DNA of 63,237 nt, the filler included, from Octopus bimaculoides (Eukaryota), in assembly GCF_001194135.2 (NCBI RefSeq). It is 6 parts of 5 records of this genome, joined end to end, with 100 filler letters (N's around TTAATTAATTAA, not from the genome) between each part and the next. Parts side by side here need not be neighbours in the genome. Positions count along the whole stretch, not along the records: positions 23,156 to 42,897 come from NC_068987.1; positions 42,998 to 55,951 come from NC_068992.1; 4 more parts are not named here. The stretch is one strand, 5' to 3'. A program made the position numbers and the translations under genes. Below are positions 37,585 through 50,195 of this stretch, in pieces (positions within the stretch are counted from its first letter, which is position 1; each line of letters begins with the position of its first letter). The notes beneath the pieces were generated by a model. The model saw only the letters and a list, made by a program, of their open reading frames with translations, was not told the DNA's origin and made no database searches.

Positions 37585-37851
37585 TAGCCTGCTCGTGAAA
37601 TTGACGTGTATGTGGCTGAGCACTCGATCGATACATGTACCCTTAACGTAGTTCTCAGGGAGATTTAGCGTGACAGAATGTGACAAGACTGCACCTTCGA
37701 ATAACAGGTACTGTTCATTTTTGCCAGCTGAGTGGACTGGAGCAACGTGAAATAAAGTGTCTTGCTCATGGCCACAACGCATCGCCGGGAATCGAACTCA
37801 CCACTTTGCGATCCTGAGCTGAACACCCCAACCACTAAGCCACGCGTCTTC
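37585..37851 (-). mobile_element. SINE family C copy, tail-to-tail with the preceding one
   Basis: Minus head GAAGACGCGTGGCTTAGTGGTTGGGGTGTTCAGCTCAGGATCGCAAAGTGGTGAGTTCGATTCCCGG plus the CCAGTCCACTCAGCTGGCAAAAATGA core. Confidence 0.8.
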
Positions 37852-38988
37852 ACTATGTGTGTATATTATCGCTAATGTTATATCCACCAATGGGTTTAAA
37901 TGCAAGGGCATATACGGGAGTTTCCACGCGATTCTGGTTTCTCCTTACTCTCGCTTCAAGATCGTTCCCACCGTCCGTTTCGAGCACCTTTTGTGGCTTT
38001 TCTTTACTGGACAACTACACAGATAATCGGAAAACACTTAAGTTGTTTCCACTGCTTTCATATTGTTGGCGGCGTAACATTCCCTGCCGTCAAATAATAC
38101 ATACGAAACAGTTTTAAACACTGCTGTTTCACCGAAGACTGCACTCTTGCATTACTCATTTGTGTCATTTTCCTAGGTAATACAACAATGTCTAATATAA
38201 TTATCCACATGCTTGTCGTCACCAGCTTCGTACTCGCTCACACCTTCATCGAATTTGTTAATCTAAAATAAAAATATATATTTCTTACATTTATTTTTTG
38301 TTTTATTTCTCAACTCACAGCGTGTCACACCTTTTGACTAGAAAGAAAATTAAAAGTTTTATGATGCTTTTATGATTTGGAAAAACAAAAACATGGAAAC
38401 AAAAAGAAAATTCTAACCTATTGTCTCAGCCAGACGTATAGAACTTACAATTATATTATAATGTGTAATAAGTTCACGACAGAAATATTGAGGTAAACAG
38501 TTTCTCTCTTTTCTTCTCTCTCTCTGAGAGAGAGAGAAAGAGAGACAGAAAGAGAGAGGCTTCTTTCAGTTTCTGTCTACCAAATCCACTGTTAACGGCC
38601 TTCACTCAGCGGTAATGACTGAAATAGCAACCAAATGTCCCTCAAATCACATGCCATCAACCTTGCATGGTATCTTAGGCAAACGCCTGTGAGCTAATCA
38701 TGCAGACGGAAACTGCATGGAAGCCCAAGGTGTGAATATGTGTGTGTGTGTGACAAACAAACAGACATATAAATACATATTTGTGTGATTGTACATATAT
38801 ATGTATAATAGATAGATACATAAATGTTTGTGTCTTTGCTGGTCACCCAGCGCCTTCGACAACCGGCGTTGGTTTGCTTACGTCCCCGTAACCTAGCGGT
38901 TCGGCAAAGGAATACAAAACAAGTCACTAGACTTTAAAAAAAGATAAACTAAAAATGGCAGTGTTGTGGGGTGGGGACAAACACATTT

Positions 38989-39054
<66 letters not shown>

Positions 39055-39225
39055 NNNNNNNNNNNNNNNNNNNNNNNNNNNNNNNNNNNNNNNNNNNNNN
39101 NNNNNNNNNNNNNNNNNNNNNNNNNNNNNNNNNNNNNNNNNNNNNNNNNNNNNNNNNNNNNNNNNNNNNNNNNNNNNNNNNNNNNNNNNNNNNNNNNNNN
39201 NNNNNNNNNNNNNNNNNNNNNNNNN

Positions 39226-39263
<38 letters not shown>

Positions 39264-39308
39264 CGTGCCGGAGTAATTGAATGCAAGTGTGTATGCGTAT
39301 GTGAGTGT

Positions 39309-39361
<53 letters not shown>

Positions 39362-39595
39362 CAGAAAAATGGCAGATTAAAAAAAGATATATAATATGAA
39401 AGTTACGAAGAAACGTAGATACAATTCACACACACGTGTGAACATGATTACANNNNNNNNNNNNNNNNNNNNNNNNNNNNNNNNNNNNNNNNNNNNNNNN
39501 NNNNNNNNNNNNNNNNNNNNNNNNNNNNNNNNNNNNNNNNNNNNNNNNNNNNTATCTATGTGTGTAACAATTTTAGAGTTCGGATTCTAGAGTTT

Positions 39596-39646
39596 GGGTT
39601 AGGGTTACGGTTATGGTTAACAGTCTAGTTAGGGTTAGGGTTAGTG
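39596..39646 (+). repeat. Short degenerate (TTAGGG)n tract
   Basis: GGGTTAGGGTTACGGTTATGGTTA...GTTAGGGTTAGGGTTAG. Confidence 0.6.
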
Positions 39647-40643
39647 GATTAATACGATATACACCGTTACAGCGCTAACTGTTTTCAACTGAATAGACGT
39701 CAGTGATTAGTAGAAATTATCGAAATAAGACAATTTTTTACATGAAATAAATTCAAATACAAAATTTTTTTTCTGTTCTATAACACAAAATAGATAAGTA
39801 TACGAAGTTTGAAAGTCTTTCGGTACCAAAAACACTACATAAAACATAAATGAAAACTGGTGCCCCCGTTTTGAAATAGATCCCAAGGACCCTAATTCTT
39901 CATCAATTATCGACCGAAAATTCTAATACATAGTTTCGTGCCTAAGGCACGACACTTTGTATTAGAATTTTCGGCCGATACCAATACCCGGTTTCATGCG
40001 TCATGTACATTTGTCGTACTTAATGCACTTTTCATTCATGGTATAACTGAACGTCGCGCTATAACATAAACTTAGAAAAATAAATGGGTGGAAACGTTAC
40101 CGGTGAGTGTGTTATATAATAAGTCCATAAAAGATAATGACTCACCATATATAACATAAATCAAAGTAGATGACAGATATTAGTAGGTCAGATTCCTTTA
40201 TCGTGGGACTATGAAATAAATAAAACTTTCATCGAGATATTAGGTTTCAAGCGCTCCAATATTACAATCCAAAGAAAAGCAGTAGTAAAAAAAACTTACA
40301 ACCATTTCGAGGAATGCGTTTGTATTGGGCGAATTTTCCAGTCGATACAAATAGTCGCATTTCTCTCATCAGAGGTACAGAAAAACCGATTAAAATAGTT
40401 TTAAGATTTGAGAAAGCTTAAAATATCTCCTACTTACAAAACTTGAGTAATGTTATATTTTTTTTTAAATGTTATATTATTTTTAAAAAGCTCGCAAGGA
40501 TATAGTAAAAGGTTTTGTGAAGTGAAAAAAAAGTTGCTAATTAAAACATTTGTGCGAATGAAAATAAAAAAATATTTAAAAAAATAAAATGAGGACTCAA
40601 ATTTGGTTAACCATTTAAAGCAAACAGAACCACGCTAAGAACA

Positions 40644-41566
40644 ATGGGATGTAGAAAAAAGCGTTAACGATGAAGAAAAGTCTGTGGACATGTTTAGACC
40701 ATTACCCAAGAACCCTCTACCGAAGAACAAACAATCCGATTGTAAGAACTCCAGCACTGTCACCGCTAGGGATTTACAGAATATTAGCCGCTAGTTATGT
40801 GGGAAACCTAGACAAACAAGCAAACTCATTTTCACCGCCTCCAGATTTCCTCATGTACTGAACACCACCAGAAATATCATTCTCGGGCCCATGGCTTCCG
40901 TGCGAGAGCCCCTGAAACTACCTCCTTTAACGCCCAGTCACAAAAGTTTTAGGTTTCAATGGGCCCAAAAGAACATGTCGTTAGACATGAGTTGTGTTGT
41001 GTTCACTGAAAAACCCAGGCGACCCTTGACGGAGCTGACAGTTGGGCAAATGGTTGGTTCTATTTTGGAGATAAGCGTCGTCAACGTATACAATGTAAAC
41101 AACAGAGCGGAGGAGTCATGTGAGCTGGTATCATTGTGGACAGACTTGTTGGCCCACTCAGGGTGCCCGAATAAGCTAAAGTGACCACAGTCGCCTGCTG
41201 CAATCTCCTGAAGGAAGTCTTAGATCCCTGGATAGATGACATACCGCTGTCACTTCTATGGAATCTCGTAGTCGTGCATGACAACGCTCCCTCCCACTAG
41301 ATCTACACAAGCATTACTAGGGTTTTATGGCATACAAGGTGAAAGGTTGATTGTGTGGCCGTCAGCATCACCAAGCTTATCTCTATCGAAAATATTTGGT
41401 TCATCATTAAAGATGTTTATGCCGATGGACGCCAATTTATGTCGAAAGCTGTCTTATTGGCGACAATAAAAGCTGCAACTTGCTGCTATTAAGAAATTGA
41501 CAGATTCCATGAGTAATAGAGTGCTTTGCAGTTATCCGTCGACATGGCACTCATGGAGCTAAATAA
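40644..41566 (+). pseudogene. Tc1-family (DD34E-type) transposase remnant
   Basis: PPLTPSHKSFRFQWAQKN...VVFTE...GGVM*AGI...VHDNAPSH...VWPSASPSL/SIENIW. Inverted motif AGAACCACGCTAA (about 40626) / TTAGCGTGGTTCT (about 41878). Confidence 0.8.
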
Positions 41567-42897
41567 TTCATTTTCTCAATACATGTTATAACATTATTTT
41601 GGTTTTCTGTTAAATATATACTCAATATATGTTTATATGTAACATTAACCTATATTTTCTGAAAATGTCTAGACGGGCTGTTTTCATTCCAAAACTATTA
41701 GCGTGGTTTACCTACAAACTGAAGAATCTGAAATATAAAAGAAAGGACATTACAGGGAATAATTGAAACATAACAATGGTGTTGCCAGAGAGTGCAAACC
41801 AGCTGGGAAAAGTTTATCAAAATCGATTCACAGAAAACAGAGAAATCCGAGAAATCCTAAATGTCACTCCCTAGCTATTAGCGTGGTTCTAGGTGTGCAT
41901 ATGTCCCTAATATTATTATTATTATATATATATATATNNNNNNNNNNNNNNNNNNNNNNNNNNNNNNNNNNNNNNNNNNNNNNNNNNNNNNNNNNNNNNN
42001 NNNNNNNNNNNNNNNNNNNNNNNNNNNNNNNNNNNNNNNNNNNNNNNNNNNNNNNNNNNNNNNNNNNNNNNNNNNNNNNNNNNNNNNNNNNNNNNNNNNN
42101 NNNNNNNNNNNNNNNNNNNNNNNNNNNNNNNNNNNNNNNNNNNNNNNNNNNNNNNNNNNNNNNNNNNNNNNNNNNNNNNTATATATATATATATCAGAGA
42201 CCAAAAGTGTACGTACGCCGCTATATGTATATATAAAAAATAAAAACAAAAAATGGAATGAGAACGTAACAGGCGACAACAAAACATTCGGACAGTAGGT
42301 GATGCAAAAAAGGACAGGAATCTCAAAACTGCTCTAATCTGGCCGGCCCCAAGGAAATGTAAGCTAACAGCACTAGATTCTTTGGAAGAATGCAAGGGAA
42401 TGTATACGAAAACAAGGACGAAAAGGAAAAAAAACGGAGAAATGGTACACAATTACAAAAACAAACAACAGGACATTAACAACAGATGTCTTTCGAATAA
42501 TGATGAATTAAATAAAGCTGGCGTGTGTGGAAGTGAAGCCTTACGACAGGGACATAGAAGATGAAAGTCGTGAAAAAATAAGAGAGATGCTGCACGGATG
42601 ATAGTCGAACCAAGAAAGAAAGGTCAGGCTTGGCCAAATCCCGGTCATGTGGAAGAAGGTGAGAGAGCTAGTGGGTAGAGGGATTGAAGAATTAGGGAGG
42701 GACGAGAAAGAGAGGAAAAAAGGAAAGGGACAGACTGAGGTAAAGGAGGAGGGAAAGTGATGAGAATGAAGGGAGTGCCAAGATGTGTGAGAGAGTGTGG
42801 GAGTGAGAAAAAGAAAAGTGGAAGGAAGAAAGTGTGAAAGGGGCTACAGGAATGTGTAAGAGTCGTACAGTATTTTTATATATATATATATATATAT

Positions 42898-42997
42898 NNN
42901 NNNNNNNNNNNNNNNNNNNNNNNNNNNNNNNNNNNNNNNNNTTAATTAATTAANNNNNNNNNNNNNNNNNNNNNNNNNNNNNNNNNNNNNNNNNNNN
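42898..42997. other. Artificial scaffold-joining pad
   Basis: 44 N + TTAATTAATTAA (42942-42953) + 44 N. Confidence 0.95.
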
Positions 42998-43037
42998 TAT
43001 GTATGTATGTATGTATGTATGTATTTATGTATATAAT

Positions 43038-43496
43038 TTTTCTGTAATTTTTTAACTTAAAAATTTTACTTTTTATAGACGCTGTATGTGAAATTCAAAT
43101 TACGATATATGTAAAGAAACGAAGTTTGCCTTTTTATAGAGGCGTGGAGATGTATTGAGATACACAAATATGAAAATAATTTATTCTCAAACGCAAAATA
43201 ATGCTGAACATCATGTACAGGATAGATTAAAGCACTTGACTGGTAATCACAGAGACGTGAGTTCGAGTCTCATGGCTGGTCGTTGACAAATTTTTCTGCA
43301 ATATAAGGATAATTTATCTTATACATGCTGTTCAGCATTAATCTGCGTTTGAGAATAAATTATTTCCATATCTGTATATTTCAATACATCTCATCGCTTA
43401 TATAAAAAAGTAAACTTTGTTTACATATATTGCAATTTGAATTTTACATACAGCGTCTATAAAAAGCTAAATTTATAAGTTCAGATATTTCAGAAA
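43038..43496. repeat. Fold-back with ~190-bp arms enclosing a truncated tRNA-like head
   Basis: 43038-43227 is the reverse complement of 43312-43496; the spacer contains TAAAGCACTTGACTGGTAATCACAGAGACGTGAGTTCGAGTCTCAT. Confidence 0.8.
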
Positions 43497-43507
43497 GATT
43501 TGTCAGT

Positions 43508-43580
43508 GGGCAGTTGAGCTTAATGGTAAAGCACTTGACTGGTAATCACAGAGATATGAGTTTGAGTCTCATGGTTGGCC
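43508..43580 (+). mobile_element. tRNA-derived (Thr-like, GGT loop) SINE head
   Basis: D arm GCTT-AATGGTA-AAGC, loop CTGGTAA (GGT at 43541-43543), T arm ATGAG-TTTGAGT-CTCAT; acceptor and anticodon stems are mismatched. Confidence 0.55.
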
Positions 43581-43673
43581 ACGGACAAAATTTTCTGCAA
43601 TATATGGATAATCTATCCTATACATGCTGTTCAGCATTATTCTGCGATTGAGAATAAGTTAGCTCCATATATG

Positions 43674-43795
<122 letters not shown>

Positions 43796-44268
43796 TGCAT
43801 GTGTGTCTGATGTGGTTGTATTTTTATGTGGTTGAATGAAGGTGGCGTGCTGATTATAGGATTTCCTACAGGGCACAAAGTGCAAGGTTAGATGTATTGT
43901 TGCATATAGTCATTTTCCTTCGTATCCTGTTTTTAATTCCATTGGTTTCAACCTGGCTTTTCAGCTTTTGTGGCTGATAAAACAAGAGTCAGTTATTCCT
44001 AGGAACGATTTATTCGACTGTTTTTTTCCGATAAATTTAATTTTCATGTAAGAAATCAAATTGTTTTCCACTGTGCTTATAACAGTCTGTTGTATAACGA
44101 ATACACTGTTCTATAAACATGTGCTTAATTTGAATAATATATTTCATAATCTATGTATATGGCATACATCAAATTCAAGCACATGAAAATGAAAACTGTT
44201 TTATTTTTAATCTATTTTAATCTGATGCATTATATGATATATATGCCTACTTTGTAGTTTTGTGAGTT

Positions 44269-44682
44269 CTATCTTTGGGGGATTGCAGGGAGTTTAATCT
44301 TTCCACCATTGCAGTACAGTGCAGGTATGTCTCTAGGCCTCTTCCTTGCTTTACAATGTACGCACCCAGTTGTCATTGCATCAATGGAAGCTCTAGTGTC
44401 ATCTCCATAATGAACTGCTGGATCATAATTGAAAGCTGCTTCATAGAAGTTGCTTCTCTGAGTTGTTGCAATTGCTCTTTGTTCTGCAGTGGAGATCCTA
44501 TTCCTTGTCAGCCGTGCATACCTCTGTTCATCACTTTGAGATGCTCTGGCTTTAGTAGTACACAGTTTATTCGTTTCTTGGTATGCTTCCCTTTTTGCAG
44601 CTGTCTCTCTTTCCCTGGACAGGGACATTCTTTTGACTGATCTTCGCACTGTAGACAAATTTGACACTTTCCTTCTAGACAT
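44269..44682 (-). pseudogene. Helitron RepHel N-terminal fragment
   Basis: AAFNYDPAVHYGDD...IDAMTTGCVHCKARKRPRDIPALYCNGGKIKLP matches the AF.YDP...Y......IG.M...C..C.A.......CC..GK..LP motif of Helitron RepHel proteins. Confidence 0.8.
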
Positions 44683-45340
44683 GGTTATATACGTATACAG
44701 AAATACACGGGTGCAGAAGATAGTAAGCAATGAAAATAACTGGGTGACGGAAATTATATTCCTTAATACGACGGGTGGAAAGCAAATAAGATTTTTTTAC
44801 GGAAAATAAAGAACTGTACGGGTTCAAGCAAAATTTGTCAGTGAACCAAAGAGCCAGAAATTGAAAGAACCAGAAAAAAGCTGTAAACAGCAGAGGAACA
44901 CAAAACCATTGCCAAAATAAATAAGAAAATTTTGAGAAATTAACTACGGATTTAAGTGAAATTGTTGAAGTTACTTTTGTCAGTAAATTATGAACTTGCT
45001 TTAATCAGTACTTCCGTCAACAACAAAAAACACAAAACGTTGCAAAAGTAAATAGAAGGTTTGTAGGCAAATTTAACGAAGCGTACAGATTGAAGTGAAA
45101 TTCATGAAGCTACTTCTGCCAGTAAATTGTGTGAAATTACTTTCATCAGTAATTGTGAACTTCTTTCTGTCAGTAATTTGTCTTTGTTGTTTGTAAAAAG
45201 CGATTGAAAACTTACAGTGAAAACAATAGCGATTGAACTTAAAGTGAAAATAATAGCGTTTGAAAAATGAAAGTGAAAACAATAGAGAGTGAGTGAGATG
45301 TAGAGAGAGGGGAGAGAGAGAGCTAGCTAGTTAGAGAAAT

Positions 45341-45392
<52 letters not shown>

Positions 45393-45822
45393 GAGAGAGA
45401 TAGATAGATAAATAGATAGATAGATAGGATATAGGCAGATAGACAGAGATATATATATATAGAGAGAGAGACAGAGATGGATAGAAAGATATAGATAGAG
45501 AGGTATAGACGTAACTGACGCTAGAAAACCGGAAGTAAATATTTTCAAAAACTTTCAAAGACGGGAATCTAATATAAAAAGCAATATGTTTATTATTTTT
45601 TAAAATTACCAATGGATGTAAGGAAGACAATCAATTTCTGAAAGTTACTTCGCAAAGAGTTACCTCCCTGCTCAACGTAACCCAGGAACGAATGTTTTCT
45701 GCCCTTAGGGGTCCCGTTACGCGTTATGTGAAAGATTTTAAGTCTAAAACCATCTCTGGAACATAAGTAATGTATGTTCCCAGTTTGGAGAAAATCATCT
45801 GAAAAATACAGCCGTTATAATC

Positions 45823-45915
<93 letters not shown>

Positions 45916-45936
45916 GAACGGTATTTATATTATAGA
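44269..45936 (-). mobile_element. Helitron 5' portion
   Basis: Minus strand starts A|TCTATAATATAAATAC followed by (GT)n, then short subterminal repeats and (TCTA)n leading into the RepHel ATG at 44682. No 3' CTRR end was found. Confidence 0.55.
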
Positions 45937-46976
45937 TTAGAAAATATAGCCATTTTTGTTCTACATTTCTATGTATATTGTAAAGGTTATTCATATCATA
46001 ATTATAATCTAATGCAGTTTCAAACATAATTATTGATATAACTTTACCTTTGTCAGTTTTCACATAAGTCATTGAATGTCTTGTTTGTTGATGTCTATAC
46101 TAGAACGAAGATTTCGACCTAGCGTCGTATGCCCAGGTTTTCTGTCATTGAGGAAACCAGTTGAGGCCAAACACCGGTACTTGACATTCCATCGACAGTA
46201 TTCCGAGCGAGCTCTGTATCTATTATACGCAATGTCTCTTAAAAGAAGTTTGTCTGTGTCAAAATATTTCAGCTAAGGTCGTTCTGCGTTTTTATATACA
46301 TTATATACATTTTAAGAATCATACACAACGAAGTTCACAAATATATGTTAGATGGTAATTTTCTTTGCATGAAAACCACAGCTTTTACAGCCTATAGCTT
46401 AAAGACTTAAAGTCATACAACTAAGTTCGCCAACAATTATGAGTACGAATCTGAGTACGTAATTGTGTTACAGAAATGTTGGTTATAAAATCCCTCTTTC
46501 TCACCGATTTTCATTCAAATATTCATATATACAGCTAATCTCTATAACTGCCTTATTATTCTTTTGTGCGCTAAATCTATAAGATTTATTTCTCATGTTG
46601 TATAAATATGCTCAACATCAGCAATATTATTCGCATTTTTTTCTCTGGGATTTCTCATGATTGTGCAAATACATGCATGTGCATCATTATACAGGCACAC
46701 ACAGACTCACACATTCAATTATACATGAATGTTAAAAGCTCCATGGGAATTGTATTTCAGCACTTGCATATATCAGTATTAGTTCAGACATATATAACAG
46801 GTTGTGTGTGTGTGTGTGTGTGTGTGTGCGTGCGTGCGTGCGTGTGTGTGTGCGTGTCTGTATGTGTTGCGGCCAAGCCTTTTTTAAATCTTGGAGATTG
46901 ATATATATATATAGTCAACTGCATATGATAATATCTATATCTGCCAATGTGCTAGTCTATTGCTCCTTCTCTCTAT

Positions 46977-47023
<47 letters not shown>

Positions 47024-47202
47024 GCACGCACACATACACGCACACATACACGCACACATAAACACACACAAATATATATATATATAGAGAGAGATAGATA
47101 GATAGATAGATAGGTAGATACACACACACATATATACACAAACTCACATACACACACACACACGCATGAACATACACATATACATACATTCATACATACA
47201 TA

Positions 47203-48189
47203 ACCGGATTATCACCTCCCACTTTGAAGGGTATGTGTTTGCAATCCAGGAATAGAAAATATCAACCAAGTAACTGATGCACAAAAAGGATAGAGATGTG
47301 GGAAAAGCCGTAAAATGTGACATCCGATGTAGACTTTGTGGAGTTCACACTGAAGATATCACCCACATCATAAGCAGTTGTCCGAAAATGTCATCACGAT
47401 ATTGTCCACCGATGAGACATAACGTTGTAGCTAGGACACTCAAGAATGAAATCCGTCGGAAAGATAATCTCGAGGACAAAGAAATAGAAAACCACAATAT
47501 GGTAGAAGCCATAACCACTCATAATGAAAAGGAATACTAGTGGAATGTTCCAGACCTGATATAATGATTTGGGATTGAAAAGAGAAACTGTGCACAGTTG
47601 TAGAAATCAGTTGCCCAGCGGATATTAACATAAAGCTGAAGATCAGTGAAAAACTATTGAGAAATCTACAGTTACTCTATCCAGATTACAAGTTCAGGTT
47701 TATACCTGTAATTATTGGGCCCCTGGGATATGTAATACACTGTCTAAATACCAAATTTGAGAAATTAGGCTTCTCAAAACCAGAAAGGAGAAAGCTAATT
47801 CGAAGGCTATAAATCCAATCCATCACTGGAACTGTAAAAATCTGTAAAAGTTTCCAGAAGTTTATCATTTGAATATATATGAGCATGTCAAGATATGTAA
47901 CCCTATGCATAAGAATACATACATAAAACAGGCAAATCTGACCATACATACATACATACATACATACATACATACATGCTTAAACACATACATGCATGCA
48001 TGCATACATACATCCATCCATACATACATACATACATACATACATGCATGCATGCATGCGTACATACATACATACAAACAAATATACCCTGTTGTCGATG
48101 ATGAAATTTCAATGAAGGAACCGTGGATCTAGGTTGGAAACCGGTTCTTTCTGTATTGGCAAGAAATCTTGAAATGAATTGAATAATGA
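47203..48189 (+). mobile_element. 5'-truncated R4/Dong-type RLE non-LTR retrotransposon
   Basis: FEGYVFAIQE...CRLCGVHTEDITHIISSC (CCHC)...RHNVVA...PDIMIWD...VVEISCP...PVIIGPLG, stop at 47870-47872. The 3' UTR runs to about 48189 and is flanked by (CATA)n. Confidence 0.8.
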
Positions 48190-48602
48190 CATACATACAT
48201 ACATGCATACAAACATACATATAGGCACACATAGGCAAAATCCATACACATATATGTCAAAAATCTTCCTTTCTGATAACATCTTTCGAAGTCAGGTTAA
48301 TTTTCGGTTGAAAAACACATGGGCAGCTGTGTTCCGATGAAAAAAAGATATGTATCTGCCTTTATGATATATTCTAAATTTATAAACTCTCTTTCGTGTT
48401 TTTCATATGGCTAGATACGTCATGGCTAAAACGTAATATGCCTGTTTCTGCTTTGTATGATGCATTCTTAAGTTCATAAATTCTAGTCACTGTTTCCTTA
48501 TATAGACTTTGTGACAAATTTGAGTTTAAAATACCGTATTATTTGAGTACTTGCACAGAATGTTGCCCAGGCTCAGACGAATAAAAAAGTGAGATAAAAG
48601 TA

Positions 48603-50108
48603 TCAGGTCATTCCATAAGTTCTGTCCGATTTTACCTTTTTTTTAAATTGAATAAAATTTAATAGTATTTTAGAATGTCTAATGGAATTAAAAATTATTT
48701 TTATGCATTTGTGTACATTTAAACCAATTAAATATTATTTTACAGAATAATAGAATTAAAATTTCTTTGATTAAAACCCTTTCTAACATGGAAGTATCCA
48801 AAGGGCATTCAAAGCACAAAATGCTTTATGAGCACAAAAAAAGGAAACGCTGCAGCCGAAGCGATTCGAAACACTCAGTTTATGGGAAAGAATGCTTGAA
48901 TGAAAGAACTTGAAGAAGATGGTTTGCAAAATTCAGAAGTGGAGATTTCAGCCTCGAAGGTGAAGATCGAACATGACGTCCAGTTGAGTTTGATGATAAG
49001 CTCCTTGAGGCATTACTTGAAGAAATTTGAAGAATTGGCAATAAAGCTTAGTTCAAGCCATACAACTGTTCATCGTCATCTTCAACAACTTGGAAAGGTT
49101 CCTAAACTTGGAAAATGGGTACCTCATGAATTGTCCGAAAGCAACCGCAAATCCCGAGTTGACATCTGCTCTTCTCTCCATTCTCGCGAACTCATTTCAC
49201 CCTTTTTGGATAGACTTGTGACTGGTGATGAAAAATGGATCTTCTATCAAAATATTAAACGTCGTAAACATTGGCTTGGCAAAAGGGAAAAAGCTCAACC
49301 ACAACCGAGAAGNNNNNNNNNNCATCTTCAACAACTTGGAAAGGTTCCTAAACTTGGAAAATGGGTACCTCATGAATTGTCCGAAAGCAACCGCAAATCC
49401 CGAGTTGACATCTGCTCTTCTCTCCATTCTCGCGAACTCATTTCACCCTTTTTGGATAGACTTGTGACTGGTGATGAAAAATGGATCTTCTATCAAAATA
49501 TTAAACGTCGTAAACATTGGCTTGGCAAAAGGGAAAAAGCTCAACCACAACCGAGAAGAAAACTTCATGGAAAAAAGGTTCTTCTCTCTATCTGGTGGGA
49601 TTGCAAAGGAGTAATTCACTTTGAATTGTTACCACCTAATGCAACAGTCAATGCTCAAGTCTACTGTCAGCAATCAGAGCGTTTGAACCAAGCTGTGAAG
49701 AAAACAAAGACCCGCTTTAGTGAATCGAAAAGGAGTGATGTTTCATCAGGACAATGCGTGACCCCTCACTGCAAAGATCACATCACAGAAGATCGGGAAA
49801 AAATTCCTCATCTACTTTATTCTCCCGACCTTGCTCCTTCAGACTACCATTTGTTTCGTAGTTTACAGAATCATTTGGGGGACATAACTTTCGCAAGCCA
49901 GGTGGAGGTCGAAACTGACATTTCAGAGTACTTCGCTTTGAAACCAAAAGAGTTTTACATTCATGGGATTAAAAAGCTTGTAAATAGATGGAAGGAAGTC
50001 ATAGATTATCAGGGAAAGTACATTGATGATTAAATTTCAATTAAATATAACATTTGATCACTTGTTTTCTGAATTCAAAATTTGGACAGAACTTTTGGGA
50101 TGACCAAA
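48603..50108 (+). mobile_element. mariner transposon, full length
   Basis: TA + TIR TCAGGTCATTCCATAAGTTCTGTCCGATTTT ... AAAATTTGGACAGAACTTTTGGGATGACCAAA + TA. About 1260 bp once the gap-flanking duplication is collapsed. Confidence 0.92.
48788..50033 (+). pseudogene. mariner DD34D transposase, disrupted
   Basis: WVPHEL, LVTGDEKW and YSPDLAPSDYHLF motifs. Stops and frameshifts in the N-terminal half and a damaged second catalytic D region. Confidence 0.9.
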
Positions 50109-50119
50109 TATGTCTGCTG

Positions 50120-50120
<1 letters not shown>

Positions 50121-50193
<73 letters not shown>
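50121..50193. repeat. (TAC)n microsatellite
   Basis: Pure trinucleotide run next to the mariner end. Confidence 0.95.

Positions 50194-50195
<2 letters not shown>

Noticed and set aside
43508-43580. Functional tRNA-Thr(GGU) gene
   Set aside because: Acceptor and anticodon stems are mismatched, the T loop is TTTGAGT, and it is attached to a repeated body; better explained as a SINE head.
48100-48150. Hammerhead-like AUGAAGG-AACC/GGUU-GGAAACCGGUUC in the R4/Dong 3' UTR
   Set aside because: C3 and A9 are not conserved, spacing before GAAA is off and there is no stem I.
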